This document shows positions 52,282-62,327 of a stretch of DNA of 64,000 nucleotides, in pieces. The notes beneath the pieces are model-generated. The model made no database searches, was not told where the DNA came from, and worked only from the letters and a program-made list of their open reading frames with translations. A program made the translations under genes and the position numbers. This stretch comes from Dehalococcoidia bacterium (GTDB lineage Bacteria; Chloroflexota; Dehalococcoidia; Lucifugimonadales; Australimonadaceae), in assembly GCA_034422795.1 (NCBI GenBank), contig DAOUJK010000022.1, positions 134,556 to 198,555 on the forward strand, read 5' to 3'. Position 1 is the stretch's first letter. Each line of letters begins with the position of its first letter.

Positions 52282-52525
52282 CCGCTGGGAAGGGAAGTAG
52301 TAGGGGGCAAGCGCATCCCAGAGAGCCGGTCGTTCTGGTGCGAGACCGGCGATGGACAAGCCCCCCTGAACTCGTCCCCGAGCGGCTGGCCTGAACGGAA
52401 CAAGTAGGGCCAGCGGAGCGCGCCGTTACCGCGCAGGTAAAGCTGCCCCGGCCATTCATGGCGCGGGGAAGTAGGGTGGTACCGCGGGTTAACGGCCCGT
52501 CCCTTCATGGGGCGGGTCTTTTTTT
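52282..52525 (+). promoter_or_regulatory. T-box riboswitch leader, specifier CUC (Leu), controlling the ilv-leu operon
   Basis: Stem I carries an 'agta' S-turn, the AG-bulge 'agagag' and the distal loop 'ggtgcga'. The specifier loop reads 'gaa CUC g' (CTC at 52371-52373). The conserved T-box 'gtagggtggtaccgcgg' is at 52471-52487. A terminator hairpin and U-run follow. Confidence 0.8.
52493..52525 (+). terminator. Intrinsic terminator of the T-box leader
   Basis: An 8-bp stem cccgtccc/ggggcggg (52496-52503 and 52509-52516) with loop ttcat, followed by 'tcttttttt'. Confidence 0.8.
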
Positions 52526-52581
52526 ACCTGCGGAAGGGCGCTCCTGTTACGGAACGACAAGCGAAGGAAAGTGAGGGAGTC

Positions 52582-54282
52582 TTGCACCTGACTGGCGCAC
52601 AGATGGTCTGCGAAAGCCTGGCGCGGGAAGGAACGGACATCATGTTCGGCCTTCCCGGCGGCGCGATACTGCCGCTCTACCAGACGCTGCCGGAGTACCC
52701 GCAGTTGCGGCATATCCTCGTGCGGCACGAGCAGAACGCCGGCCATGCGGCGGACGGCTACGCGCGCGCATCCGGCAAGGTGGGCGTCGCCGTCGCGACC
52801 TCGGGGCCGGGGGCGACGAACCTCGTGACGCCGCTCGCCACCGCGATGATGGACTCCGTCCCCATCGTGGCGATCACGGGGCAGGTGCCCCGCGCCGCCA
52901 TCGGGCGCGACGCGTTCCAGGAGACCGACACCACCGGCATCACGCTGCCCATCACCAAGCACAACTACCTGGTCATGGACACGGCGGACATCCCGCGCAT
53001 CATGAGCGAGGCCTTCCACATCGCGCGAACGGGCCGCCCCGGTCCAGTGCTCATCGACCTGCCGCGAGACGTGCTCACGGAGAGCGCGGACTTCGACTAC
53101 CCGGAACACGTCGACCTCCCGTCCTACAAGCCGACGATGGAGGGCCACGGGCAGATGATCAAGCGCGCCGCGCAACTCATCGAGGAGTCGCGCCGGCCGT
53201 TGCTGCTCGTGGGGCACGGAGCGATCATCTCCGGGGCGTTCGCGGAGGTGCGGGAGATAGCGGAAAAGGCCCAGATACCGGTCATCACAACGCTTCTGGG
53301 CATCGGCAGCTTCTCCGGCGAGCACGTCCTGAGCATGGGTATGCCCGGGATGCACGGCCAGGCGTACAACAACTGGGCCATAGACCGCGCGGACCTCATC
53401 ATCGGCGTCGGGATGCGGTTCGACGACCGGGTAACCGGCAGGCTGAGCGCCTTCGCACCCAACGCGAAGGTCATCCACATCGACATCGATCCTGCCGAGG
53501 TCGGCAAGAACGTGCGGGTCACGGTGCCCATCGTCGGCGACGCGAAGCGTGTACTGCATGCGCTCGCCAAGCAGGTGGAGCAGGTCTCCCGTCCCGAGTG
53601 GATCGCGGAACTGGAAGCGCTGCGCACTGACCACCCGCTGGGCGCCGGTCAGGGCACAGGGCTCCGTCCACAGCACGTCGTGCGCGAGCTGTGCGCGGTC
53701 ACGGACGGTCGCGCCATCGTGGTGACCGGAGTGGGGCAGCACCAGATGTGGGCGGCCCAGCACTACGTCTTCAAGGAGGCGGGGTCCTGGATCACGTCCG
53801 GCGGGCTGGGGACGATGGGCTTCGAGGTGCCCGCGGCGATGGGCGCAGCCTTTGCGCAGCCCAACCGGCAGGTGTGGAGCATAGCCGGGGACGGCGGCTT
53901 CCAGATGACGATGTCCGAGCTGGCGACCATCGTGGAGCACAACGTGCCGGTGAAGTTCGCCATCCTCAACAACAACAACCTCGGCCTCGTGCGGCAGTTG
54001 CAGGACCTGTTCTACGGCGGCTCGCGCGTGGCGTCCGGCTACACCGGCAACCCGGACTTCGTGAAGATGGCCGAGGCCTACGGCATCTGGGCGAAGCACG
54101 TGTCGGACGAGCCGCAGGTGCGCGCTGCGATAGAAGAGGCGGTGGCAGTGGATGGGCCCGCCATCATCGACTTCCACGTGGAACCGGAGGAGAACGTGTA
54201 CCCGCACGTTCCGGCGGGGGAGAGCGTGTTCGAGATGATCGAGTCGCCCGCGGGGCAGGAAGCGCTGTCATGGCTGACGTAA
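52582..54282 (+). CDS. ilvB: Acetolactate synthase (AHAS) large subunit
   Basis: 'GAQMVCESLAREGTDIMFGLPGG' and ThDP motif 'GGLGTMGFEVPAAMGA...GDGGFQM...NNNNLG'. The track start 52507 lies inside the terminator. The TTG at 52582 was chosen, but the start is uncertain (ATG 52603 is the alternative). Confidence 0.9.
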   Translation: MHLTGAQMVCESLAREGTDIMFGLPGGAILPLYQTLPEYPQLRHILVRHEQNAGHAADGYARASGKVGVAVATSGPGATNLVTPLATAMMDSVPIVAITGQVPRAAIGRDAFQETDTTGITLPITKHNYLVMDTADIPRIMSEAFHIARTGRPGPVLIDLPRDVLTESADFDYPEHVDLPSYKPTMEGHGQMIKRAAQLIEESRRPLLLVGHGAIISGAFAEVREIAEKAQIPVITTLLGIGSFSGEHVLSMGMPGMHGQAYNNWAIDRADLIIGVGMRFDDRVTGRLSAFAPNAKVIHIDIDPAEVGKNVRVTVPIVGDAKRVLHALAKQVEQVSRPEWIAELEALRTDHPLGAGQGTGLRPQHVVRELCAVTDGRAIVVTGVGQHQMWAAQHYVFKEAGSWITSGGLGTMGFEVPAAMGAAFAQPNRQVWSIAGDGGFQMTMSELATIVEHNVPVKFAILNNNNLGLVRQLQDLFYGGSRVASGYTGNPDFVKMAEAYGIWAKHVSDEPQVRAAIEEAVAVDGPAIIDFHVEPEENVYPHVPAGESVFEMIESPAGQEALSWLT

Positions 54283-54839
54283 GCCTCAACGGGCGCGTCC
54301 ACACGATCACGGCGCTGGTGCATGACCGGCCGGGCGTGCTGGCGCGCGTCGCAGGGCTGTTCTCGCGGCGCGGGTTCAACATCTCCAGCCTGGCGGTCGG
54401 TCACAGCGAGACGGCGGGGCTCTCCCGCATGACGTTCGTCGTGGAGGGCGGGGACTGGGTCGTGGAGCAGGTGACGAAGCAGCTCTACAAGCTGATAGAC
54501 GTGGTGCGGGTAACGAACATCTCGTCGGAGAGCAGTGTCGTCCGGGAGATGGCGCTGCTGAAGGTGAAGTCCAACAAGGACAACCGCGCGGAGATCATGC
54601 AGATAGTGGACATCTTCCGCGCGGGCATCGTGGACGTGAGCAACGACACGGTCATCGTCGAGGTGACAGGCGACGAGGGGAAGATAGACGCGCTCATCAA
54701 GCTCCTTCAGCCCTTCGGCGTCCGCGAGACGATGCGTACAGGACGGATAGCGATGACCCGCGGCGGCGTGGCTGCGGGTACGAAGCAGACGGCTCTCCCT
54801 GCCGCGCGGAGCGCGCCGGACACGGAAGTCGTCCCCTGA
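54270..54839 (+). CDS. ilvN: Acetolactate synthase small (regulatory) subunit
   Basis: ACT domain '[34 protein letters not shown]'. It overlaps the ilvB stop. Confidence 0.92.
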   Translation: MADVSLNGRVHTITALVHDRPGVLARVAGLFSRRGFNISSLAVGHSETAGLSRMTFVVEGGDWVVEQVTKQLYKLIDVVRVTNISSESSVVREMALLKVKSNKDNRAEIMQIVDIFRAGIVDVSNDTVIVEVTGDEGKIDALIKLLQPFGVRETMRTGRIAMTRGGVAAGTKQTALPAARSAPDTEVVP

Positions 54840-54895
54840 GAACGCGCGTCCACGGAAGGACGTACAACGAACCGGAACACGAGGAGGAGACGGAG

Positions 54896-55891
54896 ATGGC
54901 GAAGGTGTACTACAAGGAGGATGCCGACATCGCCCGCTTGCAGGGCAAGCGCATCGGCATCATCGGCTATGGCAGCCAGGGGCACGCGCACGCGCTCAAC
55001 CTGCGCGACAACGGCGTCGACGTGATGGTGGGCCTGTTGCCGACCAGCGCCAGCCGCGCGAAGGCGGAGGCCGAAGGCCTGCGCGTGGACACTCCGGCGG
55101 AGACCGCGAAGGCGAGCGACGTCATCATGGTGCTCGCACCGGACACCGCGCAGCGCGGTATCTACAACGAGTCGATCGAGCCGAACCTGGACAGTTCCAA
55201 GACGCTCATGTTCGCACACGGCTTCAACATCCACTTCGGCGAGATACAGCCTCCCGCCGACGTGGACGTCTCGATGATCGCCCCGAAGGCCCCGGGACAC
55301 CGGGTGCGCGAGGTGTTCGTCGAGGGCCAGGGAGTGCCCTCGCTCGTGGCGATCCACCAGGACGCCTCGGGCAGCGCGCTACCGAACGCGCTGGCATACG
55401 GCGCGGGCATCGGCTCGGACCGGGCCGGCATCGTGGAGACGACGTTCAAGGAAGAGACGGAGACCGACCTCTTCGGCGAGCAGACCGTTCTCTGCGGGGG
55501 CGTGACCAGCCTCATCACGAACGCCTTCGAGGTGCTCGTGGAGGCGGGCTACCAGCCGGAGATCGCCTACTTCGAGGTGATGCACGAGCTCAAGCTCATC
55601 GTCGATCTGCTCTACGAGGGCGGCATGAAGTACATGCGCTACTCCGTGAGCGACACCGCGGAGTACGGCGACTACAGCCGCGGTTCACGCGTGGTGGACG
55701 AGCACGCCCGCGCCGCGATGAAGCGCGTGCTCGACGAGATCCAGGACGGGTCGTTCGCCCGCGAGTGGATCGCCGAGAACCACGAAGGCCAGCCCCGCTT
55801 CAAGGCCATGCGCGAAGCGGCTGCCAAGCACGAGATCGAGACCGTCGGAGCGGAGCTCCGGGGGATGATGACCTTCCTGGGGAAGAAGTAA
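54896..55891 (+). CDS. ilvC: Ketol-acid reductoisomerase
   Basis: '[24 protein letters not shown]' and '[11 protein letters not shown]'. Confidence 0.95.
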   Translation: MAKVYYKEDADIARLQGKRIGIIGYGSQGHAHALNLRDNGVDVMVGLLPTSASRAKAEAEGLRVDTPAETAKASDVIMVLAPDTAQRGIYNESIEPNLDSSKTLMFAHGFNIHFGEIQPPADVDVSMIAPKAPGHRVREVFVEGQGVPSLVAIHQDASGSALPNALAYGAGIGSDRAGIVETTFKEETETDLFGEQTVLCGGVTSLITNAFEVLVEAGYQPEIAYFEVMHELKLIVDLLYEGGMKYMRYSVSDTAEYGDYSRGSRVVDEHARAAMKRVLDEIQDGSFAREWIAENHEGQPRFKAMREAAAKHEIETVGAELRGMMTFLGKK

Positions 55892-55906
55892 CCGCCGGCA
55901 CAGCGG

Positions 55907-55927
55907 AGGCCGCGAGCGGCCTGTTTT
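55907..55927 (+). terminator. Weak hairpin + short U-run between ilvC and leuA (possible partial terminator)
   Basis: 'aggccg cgag cggcct gtttt' forms a 6-bp stem. Confidence 0.3.
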
Positions 55928-55940
55928 GCGGAGGGACGAC

Positions 55941-57491
55941 ATGGAAGACAGAGTGCTCATCTTCGACACGACGCTCCGGGACGGAGAGCAGTCCGCCGGG
56001 GCGGGGATGACCGTGGAAGAGAAGGTGGAGATCGCGAAGCAGCTGGAGCGGCTGAACGTCGACATCATCGAGGCGGGCTTCCCCGTCAGTTCGCCCGGCG
56101 ACTTCGAGGCGGTGCAGACGATCGCGCGCGAGGTTCGGAAGCCGATCATCGCGGCGCTCGCGCACGCGAACGAGGCCGCCGTTGACAGGGCCGGCGAGGC
56201 GCTGAAGGACGCGGCGCGCCCGCGCATCCACATCTTCATCTCTTCCTCGGACCAGCACATCCAGCATCAGCTGCGCAAGAACCGGGAAGAGGTGGTGGAG
56301 ATCGCGGTGAAGGCCGTCTCCCGGGCCCGCCAGTACACCGACGACGTCGAGTTTTCTCCCATGGACTCGAGCCGCACGGAGCGGGAGTTCCTCGCGCACA
56401 TGGTCCGGGCCGCCGTGGACGCGGGCGCCACGACCATCAACATCCCCGACACCGTCGGTTACGCGGTACCGGAGCAGTTCGGCGGCCTCATCACCTACCT
56501 GCGCGCGGAGGTGCCGGAGCTTGGCGACAGCGTCCGCATCTCCGTGCACTGCCACGACGACCTCGGCATGTCGGTGGCGAACAGCCTCTCAGCCGTGAAG
56601 GCGGGCGCCCGCCAGGTAGAGGGCTGCATCAACGGCATCGGTGAGCGCGCGGGCAACACGGCGGTCGAGGAAGTCATCATGGCGCTCCGCACCCGCGGCG
56701 ACTACTTCGGCGTCGACACGGAGATCGACACGAAGCAGCTCTACAACACCAGCCGCCTAGTCAGCCAAGTGAGCGGCTTCCCGGTGCAGCCGAACAAGGC
56801 GGTCATCGGGCGCAACGCGTTCCGACACGCCTCCGGCATCCACCAGGACGGCGTGCTGAAAGAGCGCACCACCTACGAGATCCTGAACCCGCTGGACGTG
56901 GGCGTTCCCCGGAGCGAGCTGGTGCTCGGCAAGCTGAGCGGACGCCACGGGCTCCGGTCGCGGCTGGAGGAGTTGGGCTACACGTTGACCAACGAGGAAC
57001 TCGACAAGGTGCACGAGTCGTTCAAGGAGCTCGCGGACAAGAAGCGCGAGGTGACCGACCGCGACCTCATAGCCCTCATGGGCAACGAGCGCACGGCCAT
57101 CGCGGAGACGTACTCGCTGGAACACGTGCAGGTGACGTGCGGCACCGGCGAGATCCCGACCGCGACCGTCCGGCTCTCTCACGAGGACGGGGCCACCTAC
57201 ACCGACGCAGCGACGGGCACCGGTCCGGTCGACGCCGTGTACAAGGCCATCAACCGCATCGTCGGTGTGCCCAACGAGCTGACGGAGTTCAGCGTCAATT
57301 CGGTCACGGAGGGCATCGACGCGATCGGCGAGGTGAGCATCCGCATCGAGCAGGACGGCAAGCCGTACATCGGACGCGGCGCGGACACGGACATCATCGT
57401 TGCGTGCGCCCAGGCCTACATGAACGCGCTCAACCGCCTGATCGCGATGGGCGACACCACCCGCGCGCCGGAAGCCGCCGGCGCTGTCTAG
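55941..57491 (+). CDS. leuA: 2-isopropylmalate synthase
   Basis: 'IFDTTLRDGEQ', 'HCHDDLGM' and a C-terminal LeuA allosteric domain. ATG at 55941 follows GGAGGGA. Confidence 0.95.
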   Translation: MEDRVLIFDTTLRDGEQSAGAGMTVEEKVEIAKQLERLNVDIIEAGFPVSSPGDFEAVQTIAREVRKPIIAALAHANEAAVDRAGEALKDAARPRIHIFISSSDQHIQHQLRKNREEVVEIAVKAVSRARQYTDDVEFSPMDSSRTEREFLAHMVRAAVDAGATTINIPDTVGYAVPEQFGGLITYLRAEVPELGDSVRISVHCHDDLGMSVANSLSAVKAGARQVEGCINGIGERAGNTAVEEVIMALRTRGDYFGVDTEIDTKQLYNTSRLVSQVSGFPVQPNKAVIGRNAFRHASGIHQDGVLKERTTYEILNPLDVGVPRSELVLGKLSGRHGLRSRLEELGYTLTNEELDKVHESFKELADKKREVTDRDLIALMGNERTAIAETYSLEHVQVTCGTGEIPTATVRLSHEDGATYTDAATGTGPVDAVYKAINRIVGVPNELTEFSVNSVTEGIDAIGEVSIRIEQDGKPYIGRGADTDIIVACAQAYMNALNRLIAMGDTTRAPEAAGAV

Positions 57492-57510
57492 GTACGCTCC
57501 CGGCAACTGT

Positions 57511-57593
57511 TCAGGCTTGACGATGCTCAGGCTTGACGATGCTCAGGCCTGATAAGGCCCCCCCCCCCGCTCATCCTGAGCTTGTCGAAGGAC
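57511..57593. repeat. 16-nt direct repeats (x2.6) followed by a repeat family A copy
   Basis: 'tcaggcttgacgatgc' occurs at 57511 and 57527, with a partial copy at 57543. 'ccgctcatcctgagcttgtcgaaggac' is at 57567-57593. Confidence 0.75.
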
Positions 57594-57685
57594 GCTCGCC
57601 CTGGGCCTCGTCACTGGCTTGACCGGCTGCTTGGAAACCTTTACTTTCAAAGGAAGTAAGGAATGCCAAGCAGCCGAGGCTTGCC

Positions 57686-58231
57686 ATGCGCACCGTAACC
57701 GTCAGCAGCAAGAACCAGGTCACCATACCCGTCGCCATCCTCAGGGAGGTGGGCATCAGCCCTGGCGACAGGTTGGCCGCCGCCGTCGTGGACGGCAACA
57801 TCGTGTTGATGAAGGAGCCGGAGAACTGGGTGCTGTATCTCCAGGGAAGCATGAGGGGGACCTACGGCGACACGAAGGAGAGCATCGACCGTTACGTCCA
57901 GCGCGAGCGCGACAGCTGGTACGAGCCGCCGTCCGAGCACGTCAGCGACTCGGACCCGCGCGAGTGGCGCAAGCGGTTCGAGGACCTCTATGCCACGGAC
58001 AGCGGCGTGCGGGCAGTCGCTGACACCCTCATGGACTGCCCGCACCACGTGGCTACTTTCCCTGACCTGGCGTGGCTCATCCCCGAGAATGGCCACCCCA
58101 CCGACCTGGCCCAGACGCTGGAGACGCTCACGTCCAGCCGCTGGGTGCGACGCATCCCGGCGCAGGACGAGGAGCCTGAGCGCTATCGCCTGGACAGCGA
58201 GGTCGCGGCGTCGCTCAAGGCCGGCTCCTGA
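57686..58231 (+). CDS. AbrB/SpoVT-MazE-type DNA-binding (antitoxin-like) domain protein with ~95-aa C-terminal extension
   Basis: 'VTVSSKNQVTIPVAILREVGISPGDRL' is a swapped-hairpin AbrB-type domain. 'SIDRYVQRERDSW' looks like a normal antitoxin end. The extra C-terminal region is unassigned. Confidence 0.65.
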   Translation: MRTVTVSSKNQVTIPVAILREVGISPGDRLAAAVVDGNIVLMKEPENWVLYLQGSMRGTYGDTKESIDRYVQRERDSWYEPPSEHVSDSDPREWRKRFEDLYATDSGVRAVADTLMDCPHHVATFPDLAWLIPENGHPTDLAQTLETLTSSRWVRRIPAQDEEPERYRLDSEVAASLKAGS

Positions 58232-58380
58232 CATCCCCTTCACCAACTCGAAGGCGCCGGATGCTATCATCGCAGCGACCGTCGCGGCCGACCGCTGCGA
58301 CGTCATCATCGGCAACGACCGCGCATTCGCCAGGAACTGTCGCTCTCCCTTACCTGGTCCTGGACGATTTCGCCGTCTGA
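58230..58380 (+). pseudogene. C-terminal remnant of a PIN-domain (VapC-like) toxin gene
   Basis: '[35 protein letters not shown]' matches the last third of PIN domains (the D-A-[LI]-I-A-A-T acidic site). After a frame change it ends '...[11 protein letters not shown]'. No N-terminal PIN part or start codon is present. Confidence 0.5.
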
Positions 58381-58399
58381 AGAGAAAGCGGAGGATCAG

Positions 58400-59803
58400 A
58401 TGGCCCCGAAGACGATGTTCGAGAAGATATGGGACGCCCACGTGGTGCGTGAGGAAGAGGGCAAACCCTCTCTCCTCTATGTCGACCTGCACCTCGTCCA
58501 CGAGGTCACTTCGCCCCAGGCGTTCGACGGCCTGCGCCTCAACAACCGCCGCATCCGGCGGCTCGACAAGACCGTCGCCGTGGCCGACCACAACGTCCCC
58601 ACCAACGACCGCGACAAGCCCCTCACGGACGAGGTCTCGAAGGCCCAACTCGAAGCCATGCAGCGCAACGCGGACGAGTTCGGCCTCGAGTACCACGACA
58701 TGTTCAGCGAGAAGCAGGGCATCGTCCACGTGATCGGGCCGGAGCAGGGACGCACGCAGCCCGGCATGATCATCGTCTGCGGCGACAGCCACACCGCGAC
58801 GCACGGCGCCGTCGGCGCGATGGCCTTCGGCATCGGCACGTCCGAGGTCGAGCACGTCCTGGCGACCCAGTGCATCTGGCAGGCGAAGCCGAAGACGATG
58901 GAGGTCCGCGTGGACGGCACGCTCGGCTACGGCGTGACGCCCAAGGACGTCATCCTCGCCATCATCGGCAAGATCGGCACGTCCGGCGGCATCGGGCATG
59001 CAATCGAGTACACCGGCTCCGTCTTCCGGGAGATGTCCATGGAAGGCCGCATGACCGTCTGCAACATGTCCATCGAGGCCGGCGCGCGCACCGGCATGGT
59101 CGCGCCCGACGAGACGACGTTCGCTTACCTCAAGGGACGCGAGTACGCCCCGAAGGGCGAAGACTGGGACGCCGCCGTCGAGCGCTGGACGGCGCTCCGC
59201 ACCGACCCCGACGCACAGTTCGACGCCGTCGTCGAGTTGAACGCCGCCGACATACAGCCGCAGGTGACGTGGGGCACGAACCCCGCTCAGGTGCTCCCCG
59301 TGGGCGAGCGCGTCCCGAAGCCGGACGAGTTCGAGTCGTCGCAGGAGCAGACCGCGGTCGAGAAGGCGCTCGCCTACATGGGGCTGAACGGTGGCGAGCG
59401 CATCCAGGACATCGCCGTCGACACCGTGTTCATAGGCTCGTGCACGAACTCCCGCATCGAGGACCTGCGGGCCGCTGCCGAGGTCGCCAGGGGCAAGCGC
59501 AAGGCCGACAGCGTCCGCGCGCTCGTTGTCCCCGGTTCGTGGGCTGTCAAGCAACAGGCGGAGGCGGAGGGGCTGGACCGCGTGTTCACGGAGGCCGGGT
59601 TCGAGTGGCGCGACGCCGGATGCTCCATGTGCCTTGCCATGAACCCGGACCGGCTCGCCCCCGGCGAGCGCAGCGCCTCCACCTCCAACCGCAACTTCGA
59701 GGGGCGGCAGGGCCCCGGTGGGCGCACCCACCTCGTCAGCCCGCCCATGGCCGCCGCTGCCGCCATCGCGGGGCACTTCGTGGACGTGCGGGAACTGAAC
59801 TAA
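58400..59803 (+). CDS. leuC: 3-isopropylmalate dehydratase large subunit
   Basis: '[14 protein letters not shown]', 'VCGDSHT', '[11 protein letters not shown]' and 'CSMCLAMN'. Confidence 0.95.
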   Translation: MAPKTMFEKIWDAHVVREEEGKPSLLYVDLHLVHEVTSPQAFDGLRLNNRRIRRLDKTVAVADHNVPTNDRDKPLTDEVSKAQLEAMQRNADEFGLEYHDMFSEKQGIVHVIGPEQGRTQPGMIIVCGDSHTATHGAVGAMAFGIGTSEVEHVLATQCIWQAKPKTMEVRVDGTLGYGVTPKDVILAIIGKIGTSGGIGHAIEYTGSVFREMSMEGRMTVCNMSIEAGARTGMVAPDETTFAYLKGREYAPKGEDWDAAVERWTALRTDPDAQFDAVVELNAADIQPQVTWGTNPAQVLPVGERVPKPDEFESSQEQTAVEKALAYMGLNGGERIQDIAVDTVFIGSCTNSRIEDLRAAAEVARGKRKADSVRALVVPGSWAVKQQAEAEGLDRVFTEAGFEWRDAGCSMCLAMNPDRLAPGERSASTSNRNFEGRQGPGGRTHLVSPPMAAAAAIAGHFVDVRELN

Positions 59804-59839
59804 CGAGACCGGACGCGGTTCCGGCCCAGGAGCAGACGG

Positions 59840-60427
59840 ATGGACGCTTTCACGAAACACACCGGCAAGGTCGTTCCCTACGACATGCCGAACGTCGATA
59901 CCGACCAGATCATCCCGGCGCGCTTCCTCAAGAAGATAGACCGCGTCGGCTTCGGCGAGCTGCTCTTCTACGAGCTGCGCTACGAGGAAGACGGCTCCCC
60001 CAGGCCCGGATTCATCCTGAACCAGCCGCAGTACGCCGGAGGCTCCATCCTCGTGAGCGGGCCGCAGTTCGGCATCGGTTCGTCCCGCGAGCACGCGCCG
60101 TGGGCGATCCAGCAGTATGGCTTCCGCGTCGTCATCGCCCCCAGTTTCGGTGACATCTTCCGGAACAACTGCTACCAGAACGGCCTGGTCCCCGTCATGC
60201 TCGACGCCGCAGAGGTCGACACCATCATCGCCCGCGCCCAGGAGATCCAGGGCTACGAGCTGACCGTCGACCTAGAAGCGCAGCAGGTGACCGACGGCCT
60301 CGGCCTCGCCGCGTCGTTCGACATCGACCCCTTCCGCAAGGAGAACCTCGTGCAGGGGCTGGACGACATCGGCCTCACCCTCCAGAACGAGGCGGCGATA
60401 GACGCATTCGAGAGCGCCAACTCCTGA
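59840..60427 (+). CDS. leuD: 3-isopropylmalate dehydratase small subunit
   Basis: 'NVDTDQIIPARFL' and 'GSSREHAPWAIQQYGFRVVIAPSFGDIF'. Confidence 0.95.
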   Translation: MDAFTKHTGKVVPYDMPNVDTDQIIPARFLKKIDRVGFGELLFYELRYEEDGSPRPGFILNQPQYAGGSILVSGPQFGIGSSREHAPWAIQQYGFRVVIAPSFGDIFRNNCYQNGLVPVMLDAAEVDTIIARAQEIQGYELTVDLEAQQVTDGLGLAASFDIDPFRKENLVQGLDDIGLTLQNEAAIDAFESANS

Positions 60428-60476
60428 CCCACCGCCCCTACTCCGCCGCGACACGCCGGCATCCCGAGGTACGCAC

Positions 60477-61577
60477 ATGGCCACTTTCGACATCATGGTT
60501 CTGCCGGGCGACGGCATCGGCCCGGAGGTCACCGGCGCGTCGCAGCAGGTGCTGGACGCCGTCGCGGCGCGCTGGAAGCACAACTTCCGCTACCAGACCG
60601 ACGTGGTCGGCGGCGGGGCGATCGACGCCTACGGCACGCCCTTGCGCGACGAGACCGTCCGCACCGCGAAGCGCGCGAACGCGGTGCTCTTCGGCGCCGT
60701 CGGCGGCCCGAAGTGGGACAACGAGCCCGTCCGCCCGGAGGCCGCCATCCTCGGACTCCGCAAGGCGCTCGGCCTCTACGCCAACATCCGCCCGGTCAAG
60801 GTCTTCCCCGGCATGGAGCCCGCAAGCCCGCTCAAGGACGACCGCGTGCGCGGCGCGGACATGGTCATCCTGCGCGAGCTCACCGGCGGCCTCTACTACG
60901 CCCCGCCCAAGAAGCGTTGGCAGACGAAGGCCGGGCGCAAGGGCGTCGACACGCTCCTCTACACCGAGAAGGAGATCGAGCGCATCCTGCGCGTCGGCTT
61001 CGAGCTCGCCCGATCCCGCCGCAAGAAGCTCACCTCCGTCGACAAGGCGAACGTCCTCCAGTCCTCCCGCCTCTGGCGCGAGATCGCCATCGAGGTATCG
61101 AAGGACTACCCGGACGTCGAGCTGGAGCACCAGCTGGTGGACTCCTGCGCGATGGTCCTCATCACCCGCCCCACGAGCTTCGACGTCATGGTCATGGAGA
61201 ACATGTTCGGCGACATCATCTCGGACGAGGCCGCCGTCCTCTCCGCCTCGCTCGGCATGCTCCCGTCCGCCAGCCTCGCCGGACTCCCCGGCAAGGATGC
61301 CAGGGGCAGGCCCCGCAAGGTGAAGGGCCTCTACGAGCCGAGCCACGGCAGCGCGCCGGACATAGCCGGTCAGGGCAAGGCCAACCCCGTCGGCTCCATC
61401 CTCAGCGCCGCGTTCATGCTGCAGTACTCGTTCGGGCTCGCCGAGGAGGCAGCCGCCGTGAACGCCGCGGTCGAGAGCGCCCTGAACGACGGCCACCGCA
61501 CGGCGGACCTCGCCCCTCCGGGCGCGGAGTTTTCCACCACCCAGCACATGACCGACATGGTCCTCGAGCGGCTGTAG
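60477..61577 (+). CDS. leuB: 3-isopropylmalate dehydrogenase
   Basis: 'IMVLPGDGIGPEV', 'NMFGDIISDEAA' and 'EPSHGSAPDIAGQGKANP'. Confidence 0.95.
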   Translation: MATFDIMVLPGDGIGPEVTGASQQVLDAVAARWKHNFRYQTDVVGGGAIDAYGTPLRDETVRTAKRANAVLFGAVGGPKWDNEPVRPEAAILGLRKALGLYANIRPVKVFPGMEPASPLKDDRVRGADMVILRELTGGLYYAPPKKRWQTKAGRKGVDTLLYTEKEIERILRVGFELARSRRKKLTSVDKANVLQSSRLWREIAIEVSKDYPDVELEHQLVDSCAMVLITRPTSFDVMVMENMFGDIISDEAAVLSASLGMLPSASLAGLPGKDARGRPRKVKGLYEPSHGSAPDIAGQGKANPVGSILSAAFMLQYSFGLAEEAAAVNAAVESALNDGHRTADLAPPGAEFSTTQHMTDMVLERL

Positions 61578-61584
61578 GCCGCCG

Positions 61585-62325
61585 ATGCTGGATGTCGACG
61601 TCAGCGCACCTTTAGCTGCGGCGGTCGTCGCTACGTCTCTGGTCGCCGCGCTCATCGGCGGCGTCACCGGGATAAGCACCGGCATCATCGCCATCCCCAT
61701 CCTCATCTTCGCCTTCGGCATACGTCTCGCCGTCCCCATCGTCACTGTGGCGATGCTGCTCAACACGCTCTCACGTTCCGTCGCGAACCGGGACTACGTG
61801 GACTGGCGCGTCGCCCGCTGGTACAGCCTCGGCGCCGTGCCCGCAGCCGCGCTCGGGGGTGTCGTATTCGCGAACGTCCCCACGGATTGGCTCGCGAGGG
61901 GGCTCGGCGGCTTCCTCCTCGCGCTCGTGGTCTACCGCCACATCCCGCTCTTGGCGGGCCGCGCGATGCCGCTCCGCGCCTTCCTGCCCGTCGGCATCGG
62001 CCAGGGCTTCTTCTCCGCGCTCTTCGGCGGCGCGGGCCCGTTCGGCGCCCACTTCTTCATGGCTTACGGTCTCACGAAGAACGCCTTCGTCGGCACCGTC
62101 GCCGTCGGCACGTTCCTCGTCAGCATCGTCAAGACGGTGGTCTACGGCGGCTTCTCGCTCTTCACGATGGAGACGTTCCTCATCGCGGTCGGCATCGGCC
62201 TCATCATGGCCGTGGGGGCATACGCAGGGGCGCACATCGTCAAGCGTGTGCCGGAGCGGCTCTTCATCTACGCGGTTGAGTTCTTCATGGCCGCTTCCGG
62301 CCTGCTGCTCCTGGTGACGGGATAG
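61585..62325 (+). CDS. TauE/SafE family sulfite-exporter-like membrane protein
   Basis: 246 aa, polytopic, with an internal duplication containing 'GGxGG' motifs ('ALIGGVTGIS', 'ALFGGAGPFGA'). Confidence 0.8.
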   Translation: MLDVDVSAPLAAAVVATSLVAALIGGVTGISTGIIAIPILIFAFGIRLAVPIVTVAMLLNTLSRSVANRDYVDWRVARWYSLGAVPAAALGGVVFANVPTDWLARGLGGFLLALVVYRHIPLLAGRAMPLRAFLPVGIGQGFFSALFGGAGPFGAHFFMAYGLTKNAFVGTVAVGTFLVSIVKTVVYGGFSLFTMETFLIAVGIGLIMAVGAYAGAHIVKRVPERLFIYAVEFFMAASGLLLLVTG

Positions 62326-62327
62326 CC

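Noticed and set aside
52507-52581. ATG at 52507 as the ilvB start (track ORF 52507-54282)
   Set aside because: This ATG lies inside the T-box terminator hairpin, and the first 25 codons (MGRVFFYLRKG...) cover the U-run. The conserved AHAS N-terminus begins near 52582.
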